A stretch of DNA of 64,000 bases from Aureispira anguillae (GCF_026000115.1 NZ_AP026867.1:2969716-3033715), one strand, 5' to 3'. Positions 38,946-48,578 are shown, counted from the stretch's first letter. Notes: generated by a model from the letters alone, not told the origin. Translations and numbers: made by a program.

Positions 38946-39077
38946 AATCTTATATACTTATCGTTTTATTTTGTGTTTTAATTCCTTTCATCGCTACCCT
39001 AAAAAGGAATTTTAGCTTCAAAGAAGCGAGTAAGATAGTAGAAAAAAATCAATTTTTCTAACAAAATTCTGAGTACA

Positions 39078-39133
39078 GAACAAAATTAGTAGGTTAAAAA
39101 TTACTCGCAATGCTCGTGAGATCAGTTAACTGT
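39078..39133. repeat. Partial, inverted copy of the MITE-like element at 19917-20160
   Basis: acaaaattagtaggttaaaaatt (matches 19929-19951) is fused to ttactcgcaatgctcgtgagatcagttaactgtgctg, which is the reverse complement of 20088-20125 (cagcacagctaactgatctcacgagcactgcgagtaa) with 2 mismatches. Confidence 0.55.
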
Positions 39134-39151
39134 GCTGCTGCCTTATAATAC

Positions 39152-39625
39152 CTAGCGATTAAGCTGCTGCCTCAAAAAATTCACAACCTGCCGTCTATGT
39201 CTTAAAATATGAACAATAGCATGTTCCATCAATTGTTCAAAATCATAAGTCACCCCCCATCTTGTTTCAAATTTCCACACTTCGATTGCTTCATTAGACT
39301 TATAATAAATATCCTTAAAAACTAGCTCGGTATAGTCCAACATCGCATCAATTTCTACCATTCCCTCTTCAGGATCTTCTATTTTTTGGTCGTATTCCAA
39401 CCATTTGTCAGAACGAATAGACTGAATGTAATTCGCATAGGTATACCCCGACTGCACGATATGGAAGGTAAGACTTTGTATTGACCGACAATCCACATCC
39501 TTTGTTTCTTTGTCTACCACCTCAACAAACTGAGGCAGCGACAAACCACTTAATATTTCTTTGTATTCAAGCGCCGCTTTCTGATATTCATCCATTAGCG
39601 CTACCAACATTCCATTTTTTTTCAT
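39152..39625 (-). CDS. DinB/YfiT-like metal-dependent hydrolase-fold protein
   Basis: About 160 aa, four-helix-bundle DinB_2-like pattern with conserved His residues near the C-terminus (HAIVHILRHRRQ). Confidence 0.45.
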   Translation of the reverse strand: MKKNGMLVALMDEYQKAALEYKEILSGLSLPQFVEVVDKETKDVDCRSIQSLTFHIVQSGYTYANYIQSIRSDKWLEYDQKIEDPEEGMVEIDAMLDYTELVFKDIYYKSNEAIEVWKFETRWGVTYDFEQLMEHAIVHILRHRRQVVNFLRQQLNR

Positions 39626-39641
39626 CGTAAAAATTAAGGTT

Positions 39642-41906
39642 CTATTGTTCAAAGGAATCATACAAAGCCATCAAGACCCGTTCATGTGTCATGGGTGTAC
39701 TTAATAATCCTTTTGCATTGGGGTTAAACGCCTTAATGGCATCCGTAATGGCAAAATGCGCCCCAATTCCGTACATTAAAGGTGGTTCTCCAACTGCTTT
39801 TGATTTTAGAATTGCCAAATTAGAATGGTTGGTTTCTAAAAATTTAACATTAATTACTTTAGGAACTGAAAATACATCTGGCACCTTGTAAGTAGATAAA
39901 GCAGAAGACAATAAACGCCCCTCTTGATTGTAGCTCAATTCTTCCATGGTCACCCAACCCATCCCTTGAACCAAACCACCTTCTATTTGTCCTTTATCGA
40001 TCATTTTATTCATGCTCTGCCCAAAATCATGTACAATATCCACTCGATCAAATTCATAAATTCCTCGAATACAATCTACCGTTACTTCTGTAATTGCAGT
40101 ACCGTAAACATGATAAGCAAAAGGATGTCCCTTTTCTGTTGTTTTGTCAAACTTAACTCTAGGCGTTGCATAATGTCCCTTCTCTGACAACTGTATACGA
40201 GCGACAAAGGCATTGGTCACCAATTGTTGCCAAGACCAATCTGTCTTTTGACCATCAATATAGACCCATTCATCGTGAAGGCTGATCGTTTCAAGCTGTT
40301 CTAACTTAAATTGCTGTTGAACAAAAGTTTTTAATCGCAACAAAATAGCAGAACAAGCAATTTGGAGTGCCTTACCATTTAAATCTGCCCCTGCACTTGC
40401 TGCTGTAGGTGATGTATTGGCAACACGAGTGGTATTCGTAGTTTCAATTTTTATTCTTTCAGGTGCTATGGCAAAAGTTTGCGCTACAATCTGAAGCATT
40501 TTAGTATTTACGCCCTGTCCCATTTCCACCGCTCCAGTACTTACTCCAACACTTCCATCTTGATAAACATGAACCAAAGCACGAGCATGATTCATAGGGG
40601 TATTGGTAAAGGAAATACCAAAACAAATTGGCATAACAGCCAGTCCTTTTTTGAGCGTTGTATGTTGAGCATTAAAAGCCGTAACACGGTCACGCATTCC
40701 CTGAAGATCAAAATCAGCGGCTGCTTGTTCCCATGTTTTTAGTGCCTCACAATTTTCTACAATTTGCCCATAGGAAAATTCATCTCCATCTTGTAATAAA
40801 TTTGCCTTTTGAATCAGGGCTCTATCTACTCCTATTTGCTCCGCAGCTAGTGTAATTGCCGCTTCCATAACAAATTTTCCTTGGGGGCCTCCAAAACCTC
40901 GAAAAGCAGTATTGGGAGGCAAATTAGTTCGACAGCTTCTAGCTGTCAACCGAGCATTGGGTACAAAATAAGCATTGGTAGCATGAAACAAGGTGCGCTC
41001 CAATACCGCAGGCGACAAATCTGCTGCAGCTCCTGCATTTTGATAAAAATCGGCTTCATAAGCAATAATTTTAAGTTGCTCGTCCAAACCAATTTTAAAA
41101 TCAGAAGTATAGGGGTGTCGTTTGCCTGTCATGCGCAGATCTTCTTCCCTATCCAATATCAATTTAACGGGCTTTTTGCTCAAAAACGCCCCCAAAGCAG
41201 CCAAAACCGCAAAGGGAGTTGCTTGATCTTCCTTTCCTCCAAATCCACCACCTAAACGCCGAACATCTACTTCTATTTTGTGCATCGCCAAGCCCAAAAC
41301 CCTAGCAATTCCCCGTTGAACCTGTGTTGGTCCTTGCGTAGAAGAAACCACCCTGATGCAATCATTTTCAACAGGAAAAGCATACGCCCCCTGTCCCTCT
41401 ATATATAAATGTTCTTGACCATTGCAATCCGCTCTTCCTTCCACAATATGAGCACATTGCTCCCAAGCCTTATCTACTTCACCAATTTTGAAGGTTCTAA
41501 CAGGGCCAATAAGTTCCCCCTTTTCTGCTGCCTCCCTAGGATCTACAATAACAGGTAATTCCGAGGCTTCCATCACAATTGCCTTTATGGCTTCATGCGC
41601 TATTTTTTTAGAAGTCGCCAAGACCAAAGCAATCGGTTGTCCTCTAAAATGTATGTCCCCGTCAGACAAAGCAGGTTCATCAGGGAAAATTCCTCCAATT
41701 TGATTTTCTCCAGGAATATCCTTATGCGTAATAATATGTTTTACTCCAGCTATTGCTTTAGCTTTGGTTAAATCTAATTTTGTAATTTTTCCATGTGCCA
41801 ATGGAGCATCAAAAATTGCGGCGAACAATGTCCCCCCTAAAATTGGCAAATCATCCACATAAATGGATTCGCCACGAGTATGTGTATAAGAATCTATATT
41901 TTTCAT
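39642..41906 (-). CDS. xdhB: Xanthine dehydrogenase molybdopterin-binding subunit
   Basis: 754 aa. Aldehyde oxidase / xanthine dehydrogenase a/b-hammerhead and Moco-binding motifs (…GGGFGGKE…, …RGFGGPQG…, …AVGEPP…). Confidence 0.85.
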   Translation of the reverse strand: MKNIDSYTHTRGESIYVDDLPILGGTLFAAIFDAPLAHGKITKLDLTKAKAIAGVKHIITHKDIPGENQIGGIFPDEPALSDGDIHFRGQPIALVLATSKKIAHEAIKAIVMEASELPVIVDPREAAEKGELIGPVRTFKIGEVDKAWEQCAHIVEGRADCNGQEHLYIEGQGAYAFPVENDCIRVVSSTQGPTQVQRGIARVLGLAMHKIEVDVRRLGGGFGGKEDQATPFAVLAALGAFLSKKPVKLILDREEDLRMTGKRHPYTSDFKIGLDEQLKIIAYEADFYQNAGAAADLSPAVLERTLFHATNAYFVPNARLTARSCRTNLPPNTAFRGFGGPQGKFVMEAAITLAAEQIGVDRALIQKANLLQDGDEFSYGQIVENCEALKTWEQAAADFDLQGMRDRVTAFNAQHTTLKKGLAVMPICFGISFTNTPMNHARALVHVYQDGSVGVSTGAVEMGQGVNTKMLQIVAQTFAIAPERIKIETTNTTRVANTSPTAASAGADLNGKALQIACSAILLRLKTFVQQQFKLEQLETISLHDEWVYIDGQKTDWSWQQLVTNAFVARIQLSEKGHYATPRVKFDKTTEKGHPFAYHVYGTAITEVTVDCIRGIYEFDRVDIVHDFGQSMNKMIDKGQIEGGLVQGMGWVTMEELSYNQEGRLLSSALSTYKVPDVFSVPKVINVKFLETNHSNLAILKSKAVGEPPLMYGIGAHFAITDAIKAFNPNAKGLLSTPMTHERVLMALYDSFEQ

Positions 41907-42266
41907 TCCATTAATTGGTTGGTTGCTGCGAATAAAATCAGTTGCAGCAAATTAATTCGACATTCAACGAATAGAGTTGTATAAGCGAAAATGCAAGTTT
42001 TTTTTTGAAGATCAAGGAAAAACAGAAACTCATAGCTGTAAGCTATGATGTTGAGCATTTGACGATGAGATTCAGGAAAAAATAAATTGGCAGCCATACC
42101 TTTTCATTATTTATTTCCTTGGGTCATGATATAGTTCATGAACTTCATTTCGCAATAACTTCTAATATACTTACAAATTTGTTGGTAAAAAATAAAAATG
42201 TAAAAAATCCTATTAATACTAGTTGTTCCAATAGGATTTTAGTTCTTAACATTAACGGAGTAATGA

Positions 42267-43661
42267 TTAATCAAATAAGGTAGGAAAAAAGCTTCTATAA
42301 TGTGCGATCATCAATTGACGTAACAATAGACGTTTGTAAGCTACAGAGCCCCTAACATCTGCAATGGGGCTTATTTCTTTTTGGGCAATTTCCAAAGATT
42401 CGTCTAATACTGATTTACTAATTGTTTTTCCAATAAAAAATTGGGCTGTTTTGGCAAGGTATTTTGGTACAGGAGCCACCCCACCAGCAGAAATTCCAGC
42501 TTTGATGACTTCTCCTCTAGTATTGCATTCTATGCGTATAGCAGAATTAACAGAAGCAATATCCAGATAAGTTCGTTTACAAACTTTTTCAAAATTAAAA
42601 TAATGAGTTGATCGTGGCAATTCAAAATTTACTTCTTGCACAAATTCATCTGCTTTTAAATCTAGGGTTTTGTACCCCTTAAAAAACTGCTCTAGCGGCA
42701 ATTCACGTAGGGCACCATTGGCATTCAAAACAATATTAGCATTTAAAGCCAAAAGAAAAACCGCTAAATCACCAATAGGAGACGCATTAACCAAATTGCC
42801 TGCAATTGTCGCCATATTGCGAATTTGAAGGGATGAGATCAAATTAAAAAAATGATCTGTATTAGGGCTTAAGGATTGAATTATCTCAGATTGTTTGAGT
42901 GCTTCGGTAGCGGTTGAAGCGCCAATATGGCAATAGCCGCTCGCCTTCCAGATTCCCTTTAAGTCATTTCTGTTGTAAGCATGAACAATGTCTTCTGAAA
43001 ACATTTTTTGGGGGCGTTGAACATACAAATCTGTTCCTCCTCCTACCCAAATCGCTGACGCAGGAATTGCATCAGGCTTGGTTATAGGACTAGAATCTTT
43101 TAACTTTTTTGCTATTTCTAAAAAATAATTGGGTAAGAACCGATGTTCGACCAACCAACCTAATTTATCTTTATGATTTTTTGCAACCAACTGTTGAACA
43201 ACATATTCTGCGGCTCTTTCGATTGATTTGTATCCCGTACAACGGCAAATGTTGCCAGCAATAGCCAATATTGCTTGATCCTTTGTTATTTTTCCTTCAG
43301 ACAACGCCAGTCCACAAAGAGACATAATAAAGCCTGGTGTACAAAAACCACATTGTGTTCCTCCTTCGTCTGCCATAGCTTGCTGCACCACATTTAGCCC
43401 TTCAATATTGACTCCCTCTATGGTAACAATATGCCGACCTTCTACATTTCCTAAGGGCATAAGACAGGAAGTTACTGATTCATAGATTACTTTATCATTT
43501 TTTAAGGTCCCAATCAAGACAGTGCAAGCACCACAATCCCCTTCTCTACATCCCAGCTTAGTCCCTGTAAGACATTGTTGATACCGTATAAAATCCGCCA
43601 AGATCATCCCTGAGGGCAAATCTGTCTCTATAAGTTCCTGATTCAAAACAAATTTCATCAT
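42267..43661 (-). CDS. xdhA: Xanthine dehydrogenase small subunit (2Fe-2S plus FAD-binding)
   Basis: N-terminal plant-type and second [2Fe-2S] cysteine clusters (CREGDCGACTV, CGFCTPG, CRCTGY). The FAD-binding CO-dehydrogenase flavoprotein domain follows. 464 aa, as in two-subunit bacterial XDH. Confidence 0.85.
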   Translation of the reverse strand: MMKFVLNQELIETDLPSGMILADFIRYQQCLTGTKLGCREGDCGACTVLIGTLKNDKVIYESVTSCLMPLGNVEGRHIVTIEGVNIEGLNVVQQAMADEGGTQCGFCTPGFIMSLCGLALSEGKITKDQAILAIAGNICRCTGYKSIERAAEYVVQQLVAKNHKDKLGWLVEHRFLPNYFLEIAKKLKDSSPITKPDAIPASAIWVGGGTDLYVQRPQKMFSEDIVHAYNRNDLKGIWKASGYCHIGASTATEALKQSEIIQSLSPNTDHFFNLISSLQIRNMATIAGNLVNASPIGDLAVFLLALNANIVLNANGALRELPLEQFFKGYKTLDLKADEFVQEVNFELPRSTHYFNFEKVCKRTYLDIASVNSAIRIECNTRGEVIKAGISAGGVAPVPKYLAKTAQFFIGKTISKSVLDESLEIAQKEISPIADVRGSVAYKRLLLRQLMIAHYRSFFPTLFD

Positions 43662-43889
43662 ACTATATATATATCTTTATTTTTTTTCGTAAAAATTATA
43701 ATAAAAAAAACAATTCTAACGTTTGTTATAATATAGTTAATAAAATCATAAATTGTATTTTTAAAACTATATTATTTGTAATATTCATTTTTTTTTTGTA
43801 GATTAGTAGTATACGATTACCCAAGTATATTAAATAACTAATTAAAGTAAATTCAACTAATAAAATATGTCCCTTTAAGTCTAAAACTC

Positions 43890-44000
43890 ATTTTCTCCAT
43901 TCTCAAGAACTTCTCTATACTGAACTTTTCATCTTGAATCGTCATTAAATATTCCCTCATCTTATAATGAGCATTTGTAATATCTGAAGTGTCCTACCCC
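43890..44000. repeat. Direct repeat copy A (~110 bp) in AT-rich intergenic island
   Basis: Shares ttctccattct.a.aacttctctatactg…aatgag…ttgtaa.atctga.gt with copy B. About 75% identity. Confidence 0.5.
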
Positions 44001-44254
44001 TAGATACTAGTGTATTCTAGCACATGCAACCGAACAATTGTATTTTACATTCTCCATGAATTCTAATGATTCACTAAATTATATTTTTTTACATTATATT
44101 TTTTGTGATATTATTATTTTTTAATTACATTAGCATTATCTTAATATTCTGATCAGATATTGAAATACTACTATAAAACACTAAAAAACTAATTCAATGG
44201 AAAATATTATACGACAAAACTACACATTAGCAAAATTTACTTTTGACTAATTCC

Positions 44255-44352
44255 AACTTTCTCCATTCTTATAACTTCTCTATACTGTATATTTTCGCTG
44301 TACATTACTACTCATTTTCAATGAGTTACTTGTAACATCTGACGTACTTTAC
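44255..44352. repeat. Direct repeat copy B
   Basis: See copy A. Same orientation, ~365 bp downstream. Confidence 0.5.
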
Positions 44353-44808
44353 AAAAATAAAAACCACCTATTTTTTACATTTTACACTTTTGTTACTAAA
44401 AAGTTTGTGTTATAACCTCTAACAAAATATTTTTTGTACAGGTTGTTTTCACTTGGCTTTTATAACATAGGATGATTGTTCCCACAACGATCACTAGGGA
44501 TTGTTATATCAAAAAATAAATCTAATTGGGTTTATTTTCAGATGATGGTCACTAATAGATTATACTTTCTCCTTTGTGTATTTAAGTCACGGTGAGCATA
44601 AGGTTTTCATTTAACTTAAAAGATTTACTCTTAACATATTATAGCATTAATTTTCTGAAAACCAGAAAATTAAAACCGTCCCGTAATGCCTATAGGTAAG
44701 TATCTATGGCTGTATAATAAAACCAAGAGTTCTTTAAAAGTAAATAAAAATTGGATAATCACACAATCTTATTTTTTTACAACCCCCTTTTTTAAAGAAA
44801 ATTGCACC

Positions 44809-45930
44809 ATGAAAGAAAGAAATCAAAAAAGTCCCAGTTCCCAAGGAAACTCAAAAGCAAACCATTTGGAAGTATCTAAAAATTTGCAGCATTATCCTAA
44901 GGTAACATTCCCCATTAGTCCTTTTCATTCCCAACAGTTAACGATTTCAACATTAAAGTTAGATCATCATCCAGCAATTAATGATATTTTATCGGCAACC
45001 TCTAGGTTGTCAAAAGAATTTGGAATTCAGTTAGAGCAATCGTATGCCTCACATACTAGTATGACGGCATTCTTGTATCCCAAATCTGGTAAATACAGAA
45101 TAGTAATTGTAAATATTTTATACGACTTACTTTACTATATTGATGATCTATTCGGAGAAGACATAAGTACTGCCAATAATGAAGAAAAGCCTTCATTATC
45201 TGAAATAATGAACATCTGGAAAACAGGAAAAATTAATCCAGAGTATTATAACAACTTGACCAATCAAAAGATCAAGAATGTTTGTGATGCGATGCAATGG
45301 GTCAGAACTAAATTATTCCAAAGTTGTGAACCTGCCTTTTTCAAGAAAATATCTAAGTTGTTGTTTGAACATCTAAGAGATCAATTGAAACCGAATGCAT
45401 ACCAAAATATTGAAGAATATATTCACTTGAGAAGAAACTTTTCAGGCATGTATGTTGCAATCTATCTTATAGAATATTGCTACAGCAGGTATTTGACGCC
45501 TGAAATTTTAGAAAAAGTACCTAGTTTACAGAAAGCTATTGATTTGTGTGCTGATATTGGAGGATTATCTAATGATATTTTCTCTTATCCTAAAGAAAGT
45601 CACAGCAAATTTAACTTAGTCAACAGTTTTAGCGTTTTGAATGATTCCATTTCATTGGGGCAAGCTATCCAAAAATCAATTGATTTGGTTAACAATTGCC
45701 ACGCTGATTTTAATGCTGCAATCAAACAAATACATACTGAAATAGTTGGGTTAGAAATAGATCAGAAAGCAACTGTCTTGCATTTTGCTGACGGATTAAA
45801 ATCTATTTTATCCGCAACTTACCACTGGCAGTTGGTTACTCAACGCTATAGACATGACAACCACATATTAGAAGATCTTAAGTATCAGTCTGATTATACC
45901 TTTGATATTGATATCAAAGATGCTAGCTAA
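44809..45930 (+). CDS. Class I terpene synthase (terpene cyclase)
   Basis: Asp-rich motif YYIDDLFGED (DDxxD/E-type). NSE/DTE triad NDIFSYPKE (NDxxSxxxE) lies ~146 aa downstream. An RY pair (VTQRYRHD) lies ~90 aa after NSE. Size ~373 aa from MKERNQ. All of these are hallmarks of bacterial class I terpene cyclases. Confidence 0.7.
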   Translation: MKERNQKSPSSQGNSKANHLEVSKNLQHYPKVTFPISPFHSQQLTISTLKLDHHPAINDILSATSRLSKEFGIQLEQSYASHTSMTAFLYPKSGKYRIVIVNILYDLLYYIDDLFGEDISTANNEEKPSLSEIMNIWKTGKINPEYYNNLTNQKIKNVCDAMQWVRTKLFQSCEPAFFKKISKLLFEHLRDQLKPNAYQNIEEYIHLRRNFSGMYVAIYLIEYCYSRYLTPEILEKVPSLQKAIDLCADIGGLSNDIFSYPKESHSKFNLVNSFSVLNDSISLGQAIQKSIDLVNNCHADFNAAIKQIHTEIVGLEIDQKATVLHFADGLKSILSATYHWQLVTQRYRHDNHILEDLKYQSDYTFDIDIKDAS

Positions 45931-45993
45931 TAATAGTCATCGATAACAAAACTAGAACGGCTCTATCCTAAAAAGATAGAGCCGTTTTTTTCT

Positions 45994-46407
45994 TTAGTGT
46001 TCAGCCTTTGCTATTTGTTCTAGCAACCAAGCGACTGCATCTTCCCTTTCTGTAAAAATTTTAACAGGTGCCTGTCCTTTTACTTTATTGGACGAAGCAG
46101 ATTTTCCCGTTAACTTCAGATAAAGATTTCCTACTACCCTTGAACCAAATGAGGTAGTCAATAAAGCACTAGCTACTTCCCCTATTTCAGATTTTTCATA
46201 ACATTCTAAGACTTCTTTACTGATATAGTTGCTAGGCATGTTACTCAACATAGCTCTAGGTTTCCCATCTACAGCTTTTTTTAACATTGCTATATTTTCC
46301 TGAGCTATCTCTACCGTATCTGCTTCCTTCCAATCTTTATTATTTTCTAGTTCTACAATACCATTTGAGTTAACAGTAATTGTTAGCGCCCTTGTTTTGA
46401 ATTGCAT
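45994..46407 (-). CDS. Small conserved protein, paralog 1 (possible STAS-like fold)
   Basis: 137 aa. About 75% identical to the neighbouring 46573-46983 product. The C-terminal ...KGQAPVKIFTEREDAVAWL pattern is reminiscent of STAS/SpoIIAA-like domains (weak). Confidence 0.45.
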   Translation of the reverse strand: MQFKTRALTITVNSNGIVELENNKDWKEADTVEIAQENIAMLKKAVDGKPRAMLSNMPSNYISKEVLECYEKSEIGEVASALLTTSFGSRVVGNLYLKLTGKSASSNKVKGQAPVKIFTEREDAVAWLLEQIAKAEH

Positions 46408-46572
46408 TATGTGTTTTTAATATTAAAAAGTGTGTATAAAAAAAGAAATGCTTATTTTTGGGAACCCAAGTTAATTAAAATTATATATTTTTTAATGGTG
46501 GATTCTTTCTTTCTTTTTAATATTATTTACACTTATTTAAAAATAAAAAATACATAAAATCGTTTCACCTGC

Positions 46573-46983
46573 TTATCTACTACTTGCAATCTGCTCCAAA
46601 AGCCACTCAACAGCATCCTCCTTCTTCGTAAAAATTTTAACAGGTGCCTGTCCTTTTACCTCACTAGATTTGGCTGACTTTCCTGTTAATTTTAAATAAA
46701 CATTTCCTACCACTTTGGAACCAAAGGAAGTAGTCAATAGAGCACTAGCGACTTCACCAATCTCAGCTTTATTATAGCATTCTAGCACATCCTTGCTCAT
46801 ATAAGTGCTAGGCATGTAACTCAACATAGCTCTAGTTTTTCCTGCTACAGCTTTCTTGATCATAGCGACATTCTCCTGAGCGATCTCTACCGTGTCTGGT
46901 TGTTTCCACTCTGGGTTTGTCACCAGTTCTATAATATCATCTGGTCTAACAATAATCGTCAAAGCTCTCGTTTTGTATTGCAT
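46573..46983 (-). CDS. Small conserved protein, paralog 2
   Basis: 136 aa, tandem duplicate of the 45994-46407 gene. Confidence 0.45.
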   Translation of the reverse strand: MQYKTRALTIIVRPDDIIELVTNPEWKQPDTVEIAQENVAMIKKAVAGKTRAMLSYMPSTYMSKDVLECYNKAEIGEVASALLTTSFGSKVVGNVYLKLTGKSAKSSEVKGQAPVKIFTKKEDAVEWLLEQIASSR

Positions 46984-47183
46984 AATATCAAATTTTAATA
47001 AAAAAAAACAATCAATTAGTTAAAATAATTAATATTGTTTAATTATTAATGTAATAAACAAAATAAAAGCCTACTTATTACAAGAAAAAATCAAATGAGT
47101 AAATCTTTTCATTCACAAAACAAAGCATTTTGATATTAATGTAAAATAAAGTATCTTCACGTATTACCCACAAAAGAAGAATT

Positions 47184-47903
47184 ATGAAAAAACAAAGTAT
47201 CAATAGAGAGTACAATTTTCCAGATGCTAGTTTGTATTCTCAATGCAAAGAGCGTATTCAATACATCAAACGGGACCAAAAAGAATTTGAAAGCTATGCC
47301 TATACCAATGGTAAAATTGAAAATTTCGAATTGCTTTGTAAAAAGTTCTCTGATCAACCCGATGATGATGAACTGATTGGCAATCAAATGGAGGCAACCA
47401 ATAAAAAAAATGAAGCTAAAGAAAAGCTAAAAACAGCAATCCGCTCTGTCATGACACGAGTCGCCAGCAAGTACAATACTCGTTCTGGGCATTATCGAAA
47501 ATTTGGTACGGTTAAAATGAATGACATGAGTGACCCTAAGTTATTATTGTGTGGTCGTCGAGTCGTACGAGTTTCTAATAAATTGCTAGACTTTTTAGCC
47601 GAAACTGGCCTTCGCCAATCCCACATTGATATCATACAACAAGCTGCCTCTGCTTTTGAAAATGCCATTCATATACAACAAGACAAGATTTCAGATCGAG
47701 ATATTTTTGTAGAAAAGCGTATTGAATTGGGCAATGAGTTATATCGTGAATTAGTATTGGTTTGTAACATAGGAAAAGATATTTGGGCAGAAAACAACAA
47801 AGCCAAATACGAGAACTATACGATCTACGAAAGCAATAACGACCAGAAAAAAGCACGTAAACAACGCCTTAAAGAAGAGGAAATGACCAAAAAGAAAAAT
47901 TAA
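47184..47903 (+). CDS. Hypothetical Lys/Glu-rich protein
   Basis: 239-aa ORF, no signal peptide, charged C-terminus. No recognised motifs. Confidence 0.35.
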   Translation: MKKQSINREYNFPDASLYSQCKERIQYIKRDQKEFESYAYTNGKIENFELLCKKFSDQPDDDELIGNQMEATNKKNEAKEKLKTAIRSVMTRVASKYNTRSGHYRKFGTVKMNDMSDPKLLLCGRRVVRVSNKLLDFLAETGLRQSHIDIIQQAASAFENAIHIQQDKISDRDIFVEKRIELGNELYRELVLVCNIGKDIWAENNKAKYENYTIYESNNDQKKARKQRLKEEEMTKKKN

Positions 47904-47927
47904 TTTTTTATTCTCGGTCAACAAACT

Positions 47928-47972
47928 GAAGCATAGAAAACAGCTCGCTATTAGCTGTATTTTCTATGCTTC
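47928..47972. terminator. Bidirectional rho-independent terminator hairpin
   Basis: 17-bp stem gaagcatagaaaacagc / gctgtattttctatgcttc, flanked by T-rich runs on both strands. Lies between convergent genes (47184-47903 on + and hisIE on -). Confidence 0.55.
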
Positions 47973-47981
47973 AATTAACTT

Positions 47982-48578
47982 TTATTGGTGCCGCTGTTCT
48001 AATACCGCCAGCACCTCATCCAAACTATAATCTTTAGCTGCCAAAAGAACCAAATAGTGATACAGCAAATCGGCAGCTTCTCCCAAAAACAATTTCTTAT
48101 TATCGTCTTTGGCTTCAATGATTAGCTCAACTGCTTCCTCTCCAACTTTCTGAGCCACCTTATTTATTCCCTTTTCCAACAATTGCGCCGTATAAGATTC
48201 GGAGTGCGCATTATTTTTTCGGTCATTAATAATGGTTGCTAAATAATTTAAATCAAATTTAGAATTGTTTGCTGTACCAAAGCAAGTTCCTGTCCCCTTA
48301 TGGCAAGTATTTCCTTTGGGGTTTACCCTTATTAACAACGCATCATGATCACAATCCTTTTGCCATTTGACCAATTCTAAATAATTGCCAGAAGTTTCGC
48401 CTTTTACCCACAAACGCTGCTTAGATCGGCTATAAAATGTAACCAAGCCAGTCTCTAAGGTTTGTGCAAGCGCCTCTTCGTTCATATACCCCAACATTAA
48501 CACATTTTGGGTTCTTTCATCTTGTATAATAGCAGGAACTAACCCTCCCATTTTTTTATAATCTAGTGCTATACTCAT
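47982..48578 (-). CDS. hisIE: Bifunctional phosphoribosyl-AMP cyclohydrolase / phosphoribosyl-ATP pyrophosphatase
   Basis: HisI motifs (…[18 protein letters not shown]…) followed by the HisE helical domain. Last gene of the his operon. Confidence 0.9.
   Translation of the reverse strand: MSIALDYKKMGGLVPAIIQDERTQNVLMLGYMNEEALAQTLETGLVTFYSRSKQRLWVKGETSGNYLELVKWQKDCDHDALLIRVNPKGNTCHKGTGTCFGTANNSKFDLNYLATIINDRKNNAHSESYTAQLLEKGINKVAQKVGEEAVELIIEAKDDNKKLFLGEAADLLYHYLVLLAAKDYSLDEVLAVLEQRHQ

Noticed and set aside
41903-42097. 64-aa minus-strand ORF between xdhB and xdhA
   Set aside because: It has no ribosome-binding context or conserved features and lies in an AT-rich intergenic spacer. It overlaps the xdhB start region and is most likely non-coding.
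43863-44360. Possible CRISPR array suggested by repeated sequence in the ORF-free region
   Set aside because: There are only two copies, ~110 bp long, ~75% identical, with non-uniform spacing. That is inconsistent with CRISPR repeat-spacer architecture, and no cas genes are nearby.
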